Shown in pieces: positions 11,701 through 24,755 of a stretch of DNA of 64,000 nucleotides (position 1 is its first letter; each line of letters starts with the position of its first letter). Source of the stretch: Psammoneis japonica (Eukaryota); assembly GCA_008632985.1 (NCBI GenBank), contig QPGO01000020.1, forward strand, positions 310,001 through 374,000. The letters run 5' to 3'. Both the position numbers and the translations under genes were made by a program. A model generated the notes under the pieces. That model was given only the letters and a program-made list of their open reading frames with translations, did no database searches and had not been told where the DNA came from.

Positions 11701-14700
11701 GACTGCAGGTTGAGGGCATTGAAGGTCTTCTATGGAGCTGAGCAAACATTTTGAGAATGGTGGCCGACCATTGTGAGAGTCATCTGGTGCAGTTGCAGCC
11801 ACCAACAACTTGATCCATGCCAGAGTGAGAGCTGAAACTCTTGGATCCAGAAAAAAGGACACACTGATGCAACCAAACAACTCAACAGCTAGAGAATGAA
11901 GGCATCAAAGGTCTCTGGGCATCCCAGAGAACACTTTGAGAATGTCTGTGGAGTGTTGCAAGGCTTTTGCATTTGCAGCCACCAGTTGCTTGATGCACTC
12001 CAGAGTGAGACCTGAAACTGCCACATCCAAAGTGAAAGAGGACCCTGGCGCAATTGTCCAACCCAACAACTGCAGGCTGAGGGCATTGCAGGTTGTTCTT
12101 GGAGCCAAAGGAACACTTTGAGATCAGTGGTGGAGCATTGCAAGGCTCATCTGGTGCAGTTGCAGCCACCATCCACTTGATCAATGCCAGAGTGAGAGCT
12201 GAGACTCCTGACTCCAGAGTGAAAGGACACACTGATGCAATCCACCAACTGAACAACTGCAGACTGAGGGCATTGACGTCTCCCTTGGAGCCAAAAGAAC
12301 AATTTGAGAAGGCTCATCTGGTGCAGTTGCAGCAACCAATCACTTGATCCATGCCAGAGTGAGAGCTGAAACTCCCAGCTCAAGAGCAAAATGACACACT
12401 GATGCAGCAAACCAACCATCCCAACAGATGAAAATTGGGGACATTGAAGGTCTCTGATGGAATCCAGGAAACACTTTGAGAATGTTGCTGGATTGTTGAA
12501 AAGTTCATCTGGTGCAGTTGCAGCCACCAGTCACTCACTCCATTCCAGAGTGAGAGCTGAAACTGTTGAATCCAAAGTGAAAGAGGACCCTGGTGCAACC
12601 AACAAACCAACCCAACAACTGCTTGCTGATTTCATTGAATGTCTCCAAGAAAACCAAGGAAACAGTTTAAGAAATGTGGTGGATTGTTGCAAGGCTCATC
12701 TTCTTCAGTTGCCTCCATGAGTCACTCCATCCTGGCCAGATTGAGAGCTGAAACTTCTGACTCCAGAGTAAAAGGACACACTGATGCAGCAAACCAACCA
12801 ACCCAACACCTGCACACTGAGGGCATTGAAGGTCTTTAGAGGAACCCAGGTGACATTTTAAGATTGGTGGTGGCTTGTTGCAAGGCCCATCTGGTGCAGC
12901 TGCAGCCACCACCAGTCACTCAATGCATGCAAGAGTGCTCAGAGCAGAAAAACGACCAAACTTCTGAGAGAAAGAACACCCTCCTGATGCAACCAACCAA
13001 CACAAAAGATGCAGGCTGTGGGCATTGAAGGTCTTTAGAGGAACTTGCAAAACACTGTGAGAATGGTGGCAAAGTGTTGCAAAGCCCATCTGGTGCATTT
13101 GCAGCCACCAGTCAACAAAAAATGCATGCCAGGGTGAGAGCAGAAAAACACCTAACTCCATGGAGAAAACAACATCCTGATCCAACCAACCAACCCAACA
13201 ACTGCATGATGAGGGCATTGAAAGTCTTCAGAGGGACCCAAGGAACACATTTAGAAATGTGGTGGAGTGTTGTGAGGCCCATCTGGTGCAAGTGCAACCA
13301 CCAGTCACTCAATGCATGCCAGAGTGAGAGCTGAAATTCCCAACTCCACAGTGAAAGAACACACTCATGTGGCCAGCCAACCCAGCAACTGCAGGCTGAG
13401 GGCATTGAAGGTCTTCAGAGGCACCCATGAAACACTGCTGGAATGGTTTTGGAGTGTTGCAAGGCCCATCTGGTGCATTTGCAGCCACCAGTCACTGAAT
13501 GCATGCCGGAGTGAGAGCAGAAAATCTCCTGACTCCGCAGGGAAAGAACATCCTGATGCATCCATCCAACCCAACAACTGCAAGCCAAGGGCATTCAAGG
13601 TCTTCAGAGGAGCCCAAGAAATGCTTTGAGAATGGTGGTGGAGTGTTGCAAGGCCCATCTGGTGCAGTTGCAGCCTCCAGTCACTGAATGCATGCCTGAG
13701 TGAGAGCAGAAAAATGCCTTGTTCTTAGAGAAAGAACATCCTGATGCAACCAACCAACCCAACAACTGCATGCTGAGGGCATTGAAGGTCTTCAGGGGAT
13801 GTCACGCAACACTTTTAGAATGGTGGGGGAGTGTTGCAAAGCCCATCTGGAGCAGTTGCAGCCACCAGTCAATCAATGCATGCAAGAGTGCTCAGAGTGG
13901 AGAAACTCCAAACTTCTCAGAGAATGAACACCCTGATGCACCCAACCAACCAAGCCAACAACTCCATGCCAAGGGCCTCAAAGGTCTTCAGAGGAACCCA
14001 GGGAACACTTTGACAATGGTGGTGGAGTGTTGAGGGGCTCATCTGGTGCAGGTGCTGCCCCCAGCCACTCAATCCATGACAAGGTGAGAGCTGAAATTCC
14101 TGACGACTCCTCAGTGAAAGAACACACATGCAACCAACCTGAAGCCAACCCATCAACTGCAGGCTGAGGGCATTGAAGGTCTTCAGCTGCACTCATGAAA
14201 CACCACAAGAATGGCAGGGGAGTGTTGCAAGGAACATCTGATGCAACTCCAGCCCCCAGTCACTTGCTCCATGCAAGAGGAAGACCTGATGAAAGCCTTA
14301 AGTCCAGAGTGAAAGACACCCTGATGCAACCAACCAACACAACAACTGCAGGCTGAGGTCATTGAAGATCTCTCTAGAAGTGCCCAAGGAACTCTGTGAG
14401 AATGTTGGCTGAGCATTGCAAGGCACATCTGGTGAAGTTGCAGCCCCCAGTCCAGTCACTCAACCCATGCCAAAATGGGACAAGGAAAATTCCCAACTGC
14501 TCCAGAATTAAAGGACACCCTGACACAACCAACCAATTCAACAACTGCAAGCCAAAGGCACCAAAGATCTCCAGGGAAAACAAGGGGAAACTTTGATGAT
14601 GGTGGCAGAGTTTTGTGAGACTCATCTGGTGCAGTGGTGGCCCCCCCCAGTCACTTCATCCACACCAACAAAATGTGAGCTGAAATTCACAACTCCAGAG

Positions 14701-15860
14701 TGCAAGGACACCCTGATGCAACCAACCAACCCAACAACTGCAGGCTGAGACATTGAAGGTCTCCAGGGGGATCCAGGCAATGCTTTGAGAATGGTGGTGG
14801 AGTTGTTGAAGAAGGCTCATCTGGTGCAGTTAAAGCCACCAGTCACTTCATCCATGCCAGATTCAGAGCTGAAACTCCTGACTGCAGAGTGAAAAGACAC
14901 ACCCTCATGCAACAATCAACCCAACAGCTGCAAACCCAGGGCACCAAAGATCTCAAATGAAGCCCAGGGAACACATTGAGGTTGGTGGCAGAGTGTTTCA
15001 ACAACACACATCTGGTCCAGATGCAGCCCCCACTCACAAAGTCCATGCCAGAGTTAGACCTGAAATTCCAATTGCTCCAGAGTAAAAGCGCACACAAGGG
15101 TGCAACCAACCAGCCCAACAAATGCAGTTTTAGGGCATGGAAGGTCTCCCCAGGGTTGCCTGGGAGCAACATGAGAAACAGTGGTTGAGAGTTGCAAGGC
15201 TTGTTGGGTGCAGTTGCACCCCCAAGCCACTTCATCCATGCAAGAGTGAGCTGAAATTCCTGGCTCCAGAGTGATGGGATGGGGCACCCTGATGCAACCA
15301 AACAACCCAACAACTGCAGGATGAGAGACTTTGAAAGGTCTCCTCCAGGGGAGGAAACACTTTGAGAAAAGTGGCTGAGTGTTGCACTTGTCTTGTGCAG
15401 CCGCAACTGGCAGCTGTGTCATTCTTGCCAGAGCCAGAACTGCAATTCCCACCTTTCAGTGTGAAAAGACACCCTGATGTGCAATCAACCAGCACAACAA
15501 CTGCAGGATGAGGGCAATGACAATGGTCTCTGGTGGAGCCCAGGGAACACTTTGACAAATGTGGTTGAGTGCTGCAATGCCCATCACTTTGCCCAATGCA
15601 GAGCTGGGGCTCACAACTCAAGAGAGTGAAAGCAAACAATGGCACAACTGACAAAGACATCATCTGAACACTGTGAGAGCTGTGGTTGAGCACTGCAAGG
15701 CCCACATTTCTTTGTTTCACCCAACCAGAAAAGAGAGTGAGATTTCAAGCTCTCCCACTTCCTGAGTGAAAGGACACCCTGGCACATGGCCTGCCAACAC
15801 ACCAGCTGCAGACTGATGGTGTTGGCGGTCCAGGGAACATTGGGAGAACTGTGGTGCAAC
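5735..15860. repeat. Diverged tandem array (satellite), ~186-bp monomer, roughly 50 copies, with higher-order blocks
   Basis: The unit GAACACTTTGAGAATGGTGGTGGAGCATTGCAAGGCTCATCTGGTGCAGTTGCAGCCACCAGTCAC...CAACAACTGCAGGCTGAGGGCATTGAAGGTCTC recurs about every 185-195 bp (e.g. 6104, 6292, 6485, 6874, 7245, 7432). ORF 7048-7551 shows a 62-aa period. Confidence 0.95.
7800..8095. mobile_element. ~290-bp non-array insertion interrupting a satellite monomer
   Basis: Absent from the homologous higher-order copies (~10560-10590 and ~12640-12665). It has CACC/GGTG ends and no recognisable family. Confidence 0.55.
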
Positions 15861-18460
15861 AAAAAAAGATTCATGCATGCACAGTGCAGACTTTCTCCTC
15901 CTTTTTCATGCAGCACAAACACCTCAAAATCATCCATTGCACAGCAGCACAAAAACCTGCATGGATTCTGTGTGTGTCATTCTTTGTGGGTTGTTGTGAT
16001 CCCCCACTTCCACTTGGAAGCTTGAGTCAGAATGAGTTGTCACATTGCCAGCAACTTGCACAAAAGTCAGCGACCACATGCAATGACCCATGCTTGTGAC
16101 AGCAAGGAAGGAAAAGCACAATGCACCTGTCCTTCATGCTGGCTGGTTCTACAATGTGAATTGGCGCACATGGCCACAACAGATTTTCTTGCACCAGGAG
16201 CAGTGAATTTGTGTGCTTTCCCTCTTCCGCACCACTGACAGACTTCCCGCCATTCTCCACGGCATGGGCTGTTTCTCAAAACAATGTCTCCTAAAGTCAA
16301 AATGCCATTTCATTTTGCTGCTTGATGTTGTTTTTGGTGATCAGACATTTTGGGAACAGTCGTGTGGCATGATGTTCTCATGTGTTTCTGTGATGTGGAC
16401 CTGATGTCACAAAAAATTCAAACCTGCTCATGTTTCAAACAAGATCTCACCTTGCACAAAAACCACACAATCTCACAATGCTTTTCAATCACATCTAAAG
16501 TGTCCAAACAAACAATGAGATGCAACCTTTCTTCCCGTGCAACTCCAATGGAGAGCATGGGATGGGCTCACACGAGTGTTGGCAACAAACGCAGCAGGCT
16601 GTTGAATGAATGCAAGGTCTCTCATGACATGAAGTCAATGAAAAGAGGATGTCCTTCAAAACAACTCCAATGGCAGCCATCAGCTCAGTTGAGCATCATT
16701 CCAAGCAAACACGATGCCTCCGACATGTGCTTGTTGCAGACAAACTGACACAAGAGCATCACTGCATCCTCAGCAACATCCAAGCATGAGTCACCGCAAG
16801 GCATTTATGAACCATCTCACCTGGAAGTGCAGCCAGAGCTTTCACATTGGCCACAGACATGCTTGGGTTCAGATGAGTTGCAACCACACTCCGATGTCAG
16901 CTGTGGCTTGGCCGATCATCAAATCTTCAGCAGATTTGACAGCTGACATGTTGAAAACGGGGGTCAGTTTGAAAACAGGAAATGAAAAGCAACCACTTGT
17001 TTGGAGGGTTTTTTTTGTGTCAAAACATTTGCAAATGAATGAAGACATTGTTCTCCAGTTGTCAAAGTGATTGCAAGCCAGCAATCAACAAGTCATCAGT
17101 TGCAACAGCTCATCAACAAAAACAGCAAAGGTCTTTTCATTGCAAAAATCAAAATGCTCAACCCTGCTTTCAAACCACACTGGTTGTGATGCAGTGTCTC
17201 TGGCAGCCAAACAAGCCAGTCACTTGTGTCAACATTGTGTGCCAGCCAATGTCCCAATGGCAAGACAAATTGCACAGCAAGCAAAGATGGGGGAGCACAT
17301 GAACACGCTTCATTGCAGAAAAAATGCCTGGGTGCTGCTTCAGCCAGCAACCTGAGTGCAGTTGCTTGCAATTGTCAGAGATGAGAGCAGCCTTGTCTGC
17401 ACTTCATTTTGCGACTTTCCTGAAAGCAGAAATTTGCAGAGTGCTGCAAGCAACATTTCACTCCCCCCCCAAAAATCTGCTTCTGCTTTGAGTCGCTCCA
17501 AGTGATGTTGCATCCCCTCAAGTTGCGCTGTGGCCCTGGGAACACCCTGGCTCTCTCAAAAAGCATTCTTTGTTTCCTGCACACAATGGACAAAGAGATC
17601 AAAGCAAAACAAGAGGGTGAGAAGACAACAGAGTTCATCAAATGCCATGGAACAATGCACTTGCTGTGAGAACACAAGAGCAAAGAAGCACAGTGCAAGC
17701 TCAGAGAATGTTTTCATTTGTTTTCATTGTCAATCAGTTTTTGGGTTGAAAGCTGCAGGTCCAATGGTGTCAGCATAAAATTGACAATGCTTGTTTTTGG
17801 TGGTGATGGCCGCTGTTGCAGAGATGCTCCATCCATGTCGATGTTTTGGCAATTCTGGAAACAGCCATTTCACCTGGGTTTTGGCCACGCAGCAGAAAAC
17901 ACATGATGTGAGTGAATTAAAACTTGTGGCATTCTAAAAGCAAGACAGCAGATTTCTGACTGATCCACCAAATGACTTTTCCTCACAGCCTTTGTTCCTC
18001 ATTGTTCGCTTCTCTCTGCGTCAGGTGCACTTGTGCTCACAATCGTGCGCGTGCCTCGTGCGCTGTTTGAGAGGTGCTGATGATCCAGGTTTGACAACCC
18101 TCCTGTGACAGAGCAAGCAGTCATGGTGCTTTTTGGGCAAGATGCCAACTCAGCAACTTGTGGCCACCAAGCCAGCAAACGAAAGCAATGACTTCGACTT
18201 TTGCCAAGATGTGCAGCTGCAGGCGGGCGGGGGCTGCCAAGAGATTTGTTGTTTTTTGCATTGCAACAACTTTCAGAACCTGACATTTGGCACAATCAGT
18301 GACAGCAACCAGTGGCAGCATGCATTAGATCTAAAGGGAGTGAGGGAAGCAAGTGCGTGGCCACGCACTTGTGTTCACAGGCTCAAAGCCTGTGAGTCGT
18401 CGTCGATTGATTTGACTCGTCAGCAAGATGCTCTGACCTGCGACCGATCGACCGATCAGC
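15860..18460. other. CpG/TpA-depleted degenerate sequence (probable TE or gene relic) adjoining the array
   Basis: TG/CA-rich with only YTAR-type and rare other TAs. Its ORFs are rich in Cys/His/Gln, essentially lack Tyr and have no recognisable domain. Confidence 0.7.
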
Positions 18461-18709
18461 GAGGTCATTTTGTTTACTCAAAAATCCGAGGAGGAACGAA
18501 AGGACAGGCTTTTGACAAATCCACTAAATGACTTTTCTTCGCTCACAGTCATTACGGTAGTATTCACGTCTGCGTCTCTCTGAAAAGTGGAAAGGGTGCT
18601 TTCCGCACTTCTTGGTTCACTATTTCCTACCCCGGAGTGCAGTACAAGGTTACGTTACGGAATTGCGTTGTGAGTGCATTTCGAAGATCGAACACAAGTG
18701 CGGAATACC

Positions 18710-19549
18710 ATGGTGGCTATCAAGTTGGATTCTGCATCCTCAAGCAGGTTGCCAACGACGACCTTGATGGGCAAAAATAGTCTTGGCAAGAAGGGACTTC
18801 CCCGATCGGTTAGAGCTTTGGTGGTGGGCTTTGTTTTAGTTAACTTGGTTGGAGGTGTCATGGTCCTGTTTCTACAAAAGTTTTCTTTCATTTCGTGGGG
18901 ACCTGCGAAGGGTGCGTTGGATAAACTCAGCGAAGCCATGGAGGATCTGGATCATTCGGTGATTGAAGATCATATCGGCATGAAATTGCTTAGCTTGGAC
19001 CAATACACTAGTATGCAGATGGATCTATCACAATCAAAGGAAGAACTTACGAATCTTCGCAAATGGTTAGCTGATAAAGAAAAAGAGCTCACAAGTGTTA
19101 TGAAAAGCAGAGAGAACATTCACAACATGGTCGAGGATATTAAAAAGGACGAGACGACCTCAAGGCGAAGGTATCTGTCCTTCAAGGAGAGCGAGCGGGT
19201 TGGAGAAAGGAAGTCAACCGTATCAAGGGAGAACGCGACAAAGCTAGGAAAGAGCTTGCAGCCTTACAAGGAAAGTAATAGAAGAAATGAAATGGGGCCA
19301 ACTGGCCAACTCTCATTCCCATTTTCGTCTCTCGAGAGAAAACGCACCACTTCAGCAAAAAAAGTATGGTTGCATTATTCATTCCATAATTTAGAACCTT
19401 CAACTTCACTTCATTTCTGCCTTAATTTTGCGATATGCTTCTGTAATGAGCTTCGATCTCTCTGTGGATCGTGCTTTTTCGGCCTCGGATGCGTTCGCCG
19501 ACTGAACATCAGGGTGGTGTTTCAGCATCTGCTTGCGAAACGCTGCTGA
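18710..19549 (+). CDS. Hypothetical protein with one TM helix and a coiled coil; true 3' end uncertain
   Basis: ATG at 18710, hydrophobic ALVVGFVLVNLVGGVMVLFL, then a heptad-rich segment. The last ~50 codons are antisense to the J-domain gene. Confidence 0.55.
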   Translation: MVAIKLDSASSSRLPTTTLMGKNSLGKKGLPRSVRALVVGFVLVNLVGGVMVLFLQKFSFISWGPAKGALDKLSEAMEDLDHSVIEDHIGMKLLSLDQYTSMQMDLSQSKEELTNLRKWLADKEKELTSVMKSRENIHNMVEDIKKDETTSRRRYLSFKESERVGERKSTVSRENATKLGKSLQPYKESNRRNEMGPTGQLSFPFSSLERKRTTSAKKVWLHYSFHNLEPSTSLHFCLNFAICFCNELRSLCGSCFFGLGCVRRLNIRVVFQHLLAKRC

Positions 19550-20976
19550 AACTTCACTTTTCGTTGCTCCTTTGCGTATTCCCAACACTGCATAGGGATC
19601 GTTTGGGTCAAAGTCCAGTGGTACTCTTGTTGTCTCTTGCTCGTTTTTGCCTTCTGTTGTTGCCGTTGTTGTTGCTGCTGCCGATAGCTTTGTTGTTGGC
19701 GTTGATAGGTCTCCTGCTGTCGTTGTTGATAAAACTGCCGTCGCGCCCACTCTTCCCAATCCTTATACCAGTCATATTCCCCTTGTTCGTGGGCATTCTC
19801 GCCGCTCAGATGCTTGAGAATAAAGGAACGATGGCTTTCAAAGTAGCGCCTCGCTGCTCCACTCGTGTCGACAAAATCATCTCCTTCAGAAGAGGATGTC
19901 TCTGCATCATGCTCTCGTTGCCTCTCCCATTCAGCAGATGCTAATCGATCCGACATCCATGGCTGGATAAGCTTTCGAAAGCCGACGAACAAGCCGCCTA
20001 CAACGCTAATAATCGGGATCCTTAGGAGGATTCGTCCAGCAATATTTGCCAGGAAATTCAAGATAAGTAGTCCCAACGTCCCAATATTCCGAGCTCCCAA
20101 CACTCGAATGCTTGCTTGAGCGGCATCTGCAGCTTGCGACAAGAAGCTGGTAGACGCTTGTGCCACGTCTTGAGCCGAAGCATTCACAACTGTATGAGAA
20201 ACACCAGATACTCCTTGTCCGGCATCGCATCCAGATACAAAGGCTCGATACTCCAATCCCAAGACGGTATAGTCTATGACATATGTTGGCATGTACACCC
20301 TTCTTGAATGAACCACTTGTGTTTGAACCGAGACAATTTCGCTCGTCGAGTTTGAAGCCAAATCTTGTAGCTCCTGCTTTACCACGCTAAGAGCTCTGCC
20401 TCTGGTGGCATTCCATGGATCTGGAAATATTTCTAGCTTCTCCGTCACACCAGTGCTTGGGTTGACATACTTCATGTCTCGTAGCATCCACGTTTGGAAG
20501 GGCACTGTCTTGCTTCCTAAGAAAACCAGGGCCGTATTGTGGACGGGATTAATGAGGGACCGTCTGTAGCTATATCCAGCATAAGCTGCCATGCCTGGAA
20601 CGAAAATTACGTTACTTCGGTTTCCAAAAGCACTAGCAAATGGCTCCGGTTTCCAATCGAATCGGCGTTTGTCATTCTCATCCTTCAAAACAAAGCGAAT
20701 ATTAAGATCAAAACTCCACACGGGGACGTAGGATGCATTGATACGAATGTTGCGCAGTCCAAAGGTCAAGCCCTGATCGTCCACTGCCCAATCTTGGAAT
20801 TCTTGCAGAGCTTCTTGTGGCGATACGCTAAAGGTGAGCGCGTCTAATTGAAACCCTTTGCTACGATTTGCTACGAGGCGCTTCTGTGACGAATTCGATG
20901 GCCAGAGCAGGTTGAAGTGTCGACCTGAAACATTCCATCGCTTTCGAGTGAGGTTGTGCCAACGTATGAGCGTCAT
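19406..20976 (-). CDS. DnaJ-domain (C-terminal J) membrane protein; one frameshift near 19616
   Basis: The 484-aa ORF continues, after adding one G at CAC TGG (G)AC TTT, into DPNDPYAVLGIRKGATKSEVSAAFRKQMLKHHPD (HPD motif). Confidence 0.85.
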
Positions 20977-21379
20977 CGTCGACTGCCCTACACTAGAGTC
21001 TCATACACAACCTTGAGACAGTATCTCCTACATCAATAAGATCCAATCAGAAATGCAATACTACAACAAGACACCGCAGCAGGACTCCCATGGCGCACCT
21101 ACGGTACAATACGAGTTGGAGTATCTGGATCTTGATCTGCGGCTGGCTGCGAGCTGTGAGGAGGGAAGAAGCAGTCGATTGAATCATCAATCGGAACTTT
21201 GAGTGCGCGTGCCGCGCGCCGGTGCGGAATGTTTGCTGACGTGGTGAGTCGTGAACTGATCGATGTTCGAAAGAGCCACAAAAGAGCCTGTTGTCGAGAG
21301 CGACGAGCGAGACGTTTGACATTGACCTCATTATTCAAACTGAAGCCAACGAACAACATCAAAGTACGTTAACGCTGCT

Positions 21380-24234
21380 ATGAGAAGGACAAGAGACTTT
21401 ACCGGTACTTGGTATTCGGTGCTTCTTACTATCGTGGCTCTTGCATGTCTCTGGAGAAATGGAGGCGGCCATGACGGAGACACTCACCAAACTCAATCAT
21501 TGCAGAAAGTTCTGCGTGTCACCCCAACTTGGGAAACCACGAGCGTAGTGCCACGGCCTCACCGCCGCACTCTGTGGTCCCTCGTGGAAAATTCAGAAAG
21601 AACGATTATTCTTAGAATTTGGTATGGTCCAGAGAGCTTTTACCCAGATTATGCGTCAAGAATACTGGAGGAAGATTCTCCGCAAGACGATGAAGTTTTT
21701 TCTGTGGCCATTTCGTTTGAAGACATTTGTAAGTCGAATTCATGGCTTTTCAAGAGAGCCGTATGTGTTGCATTCGCATACAATTTTAGCTCACGCATAG
21801 TGTACTCTCGTTGCCTTTCCAAGACAAAACGATCATATTCATGGCGGCAACCTGGCTGCTTGGTAGCCTCGGTGAACTGATTGGCATGCCGAGTCTCGTG
21901 GGAGAAATCATTGCAGGTTTTCTATTGGGTCCTCCGCTGGCCGACATTGTGCCTTTCCCAGAGGCTATGGTTTTGATTGGAAACATTGGGCTGATTGGGA
22001 TGATTTTAGAATCCGGTATTGACATTGATGTTGGGCAACTCAAAGAAACTGGTCTCCGTGCCGTATTCATGGCGTTTACCGGCACGACTCTGCCACTTTT
22101 GACGGGGTTGGGACTGGGCAGAGCGGCTGGACAGGACTGGCGTTCCTCGATTGCCATTGGTGCGTCGTTTGCCCCATCTTCCTTGGGGTCGCTGGTAACG
22201 CTCTTTCAGCTGGAGAAGTTTTAAATACTCCGATTGGACAAATGATTGTAGCCGCCAGTGTTGTGGATGATGTCTTGGGTTTAATACTGCTGAGTATTCT
22301 CGAGGTGTTCGTCAAGGATGATCCGCAAGTATTTGATTTTGTACTGCCATTCATCTCATCATTTGGTTACCTTATTGTCCTGGGCTATTCGGGTGTCACT
22401 TGGATGCCTCGACTAATTGAACACAAAATCATGCCGATGTTTCGAGTGGAGCACCGCGAATTTGTTGCGTTTGGTCTCATGTTTGTGATCTTGCTTGTAT
22501 ACATGCCGCTTTTGAACTATTCCAAGGCAAGCTATCTCACGGGGACCTTCCTCGCGGGCCTGACTTTCTCGCAGATAAACTCTGTCCATGCGTCCTTTGT
22601 CAACAAGGGTCGGCAGCTATTGAACTGGATGATGAGGCTACTCTTTGCTGCGACGATCGGTTTCCAGGTACCAATCAAGAAGTTTCACGACCTATACGTT
22701 CTCAGATGGGGAGCATCATTTAGTGAGTAAATCGTGCCATGCTTTGCGTTGTTTTCAGGCTTGTTGTTTGTGACCCATTCGCTCACCACCGCGCTTGGTC
22801 TACAGTCCTGCCAATCCTCGCAAAACTGCCGCTCTTCTTGTTCGTCCCGCGTTTTCAGAAAGGGCTCCCAGATGATTTCCCGTACGATCCGTATAAGAGA
22901 GATGCTCTCATTACTTCTTTAGCAATGACCTGCCGCGGTGAATTCAATTTCATTATTGCAGCATTTGCTCTGGGTGAAGGGCTGTTTGATGCCTACCTCT
23001 ATTCTGCGGTTGTGCTGGCTGTGCTTTTGAGCAGTATCACATCGCCACTGCTGCTTCTCAAGCTTGCGAGGCACTACAATGAAAAATCAAAGTCTTTTGT
23101 GAATGGTAACCATCCTGTTCAGCGCATCGAGAACACGTGTGACGGGTATCGTCCACTTTATTTGGGTATCCAGGCACGCACTCCCATTCATTGGGGACTA
23201 CAAAACACGTTCAAGAAGGCATTGGAGAGCAATGGTCTCATCATCATTGACCACCGATCGTGGCATACACTGGGACATGATGCCGTTGATATCACAGAAC
23301 TATTCGTGCAAGACACTGTAGTTAAGGTTAGAGTACGTGCATGCTTTGGCGGAGATCCAGAGTCTTTGGTGGGCACGACCGTCGGGGGCGATGGTGAAAA
23401 AGTCTTGACTGGCGTTCCTCTTGTTGTAGACCCCGTAGACCTAGACAAGGTTCTAAGAGAACAAGAAAAAGAAGTGCAAACGTCAGATGATTCCAGTACA
23501 AACTCAGCAGCAAATGAAGAACAGGAAATCGAAGATCGTTGTAATGAAATCCGAACAGGTCAGTGAAACCAATGCATACAATCCGATCCGATGTCCTTGA
23601 TATTTTTTACACTCATGGTTTAACGGTGGTTTTCTTACGTCAATTTGCAGTTCTGATGGGTTGCCTGTTATCAGATGATGCGGAGGACTACAATATCCAG
23701 GTAACGCAATGGACACCTTACACGGTGTTTGGGAGTAAGACCTCCAGTGGACCTGGAAGGGTGGAGTATTGCTTGCAATCTCATGTCAGCAATAACGACT
23801 ACGTTGAAGAAGATTTAGCAGGAGACTCGCATGACGATACTCCTACGCCCCCACCACCGCCGCCGTCGTCACCACCACCGCAGGGATTTGGCGCGATCCG
23901 GCGACCTTCTCGAGTCAGACGATACACTAGTGCCTCATCTCGACCTTCAGATCAAGAAGACAACACAGTACACCATGACCCACACTTGGCAGCTGATTTA
24001 TGGGATGCAGATGCAGTTGCGCAAGATGTGGCACGCCATGGCTTTATCATGGCACCGGTGGGTCACGGACATGATGTCGTAGAGGGCACTGAGCGTCGTG
24101 GCAGTGGAATCATGGGCAGCCCACGGAGACGAGCCAGTACCTACGATTCTGCATTCTCAGCAGTCGTTGCTGACGAAGAAACCTTTGCACCTGATACAAT
24201 CAAGGAGCGCTTGCATGGCTACGTGCGTGATTAG
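21380..24234 (+). CDS. CPA2-family Na+(K+)/H+ antiporter with a long C-terminal extension; 4 exons
   Basis: Motifs GMPSLVGEIIAGFLLGP, ESGIDID, AASVVDDVLGL, GTFLAGL and TCRGEF. GT-AG introns at 21729-21823, 22723-22805 and 23559-23650 restore the frame. One missing G at 22185-22188. Confidence 0.9.
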
Positions 24235-24374
24235 GTTCACTGTTACTTCGTTCGAACAGCACTCGCGGGAATTGAAAACAGTTCTCATGAGTGGTCTTCC
24301 GCTTATAACGTCAGGATATCTGCCAGCATCAATACAAGGAGTATTCCTCTCTTTTTAGACAAAAACCGAGATAT

Positions 24375-24755
24375 TTATAAGAGTCCATTCGAAAGTAGGA
24401 AAGCAATAAGAAATGCAACAATCACGATGCTTGCTCCTCCCACAAGCTTGAACGTCGGATTCAATATTGCATCGCCAGATACCCGATCCGAGTCCTCGGC
24501 TGTTGTGATATCTCTTGATATAAAACCCTTGTAGTATTCCTTACTTCCAAGCTCAATTTGATCACTGTCACCCTCTGGATCTTTGTCTTTGTTTTTGGTG
24601 AAGCTCTTGGACATGCTGCGCCCTCGTACCGGCATGGGCGGTTTCCTGCCTGACAGCAGCGCGGCATTCTTGCCAATAGAGAAAGCGCAAGAATGATCCT
24701 GGATCATGATCAAAATGCAAACAAGAGAAATACATAAGAAGTCACGGTCTCTCAT
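24375..24755 (-). CDS. Small, probably plastid-targeted membrane protein
   Basis: Signal peptide ending SCA-F (resembles the diatom bipartite ASAF motif), a basic transit-like stretch and a C-terminal TM helix. Confidence 0.65.
   Translation of the reverse strand: MRDRDFLCISLVCILIMIQDHSCAFSIGKNAALLSGRKPPMPVRGRSMSKSFTKNKDKDPEGDSDQIELGSKEYYKGFISRDITTAEDSDRVSGDAILNPTFKLVGGASIVIVAFLIAFLLSNGLL

Noticed and set aside
5735..15860. CRISPR-like or guide array
   Set aside because: Whole monomers are homologous. There is no constant repeat plus unique spacer structure and no associated nuclease gene.
5709..18320. Dense overlapping ORFs in all six frames, here and in the other depleted domains
   Set aside because: Loss of TpA removes TAA/TAG stops, so spurious ORFs lengthen. 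They are Tyr-poor, Cys/His-rich and have no domains.
19406..19549. Convergent coding overlap between the 18710 ORF and the J-domain gene
   Set aside because: The overlapping tail looks like antisense read-through, probably caused by an indel error or an unspliced intron.
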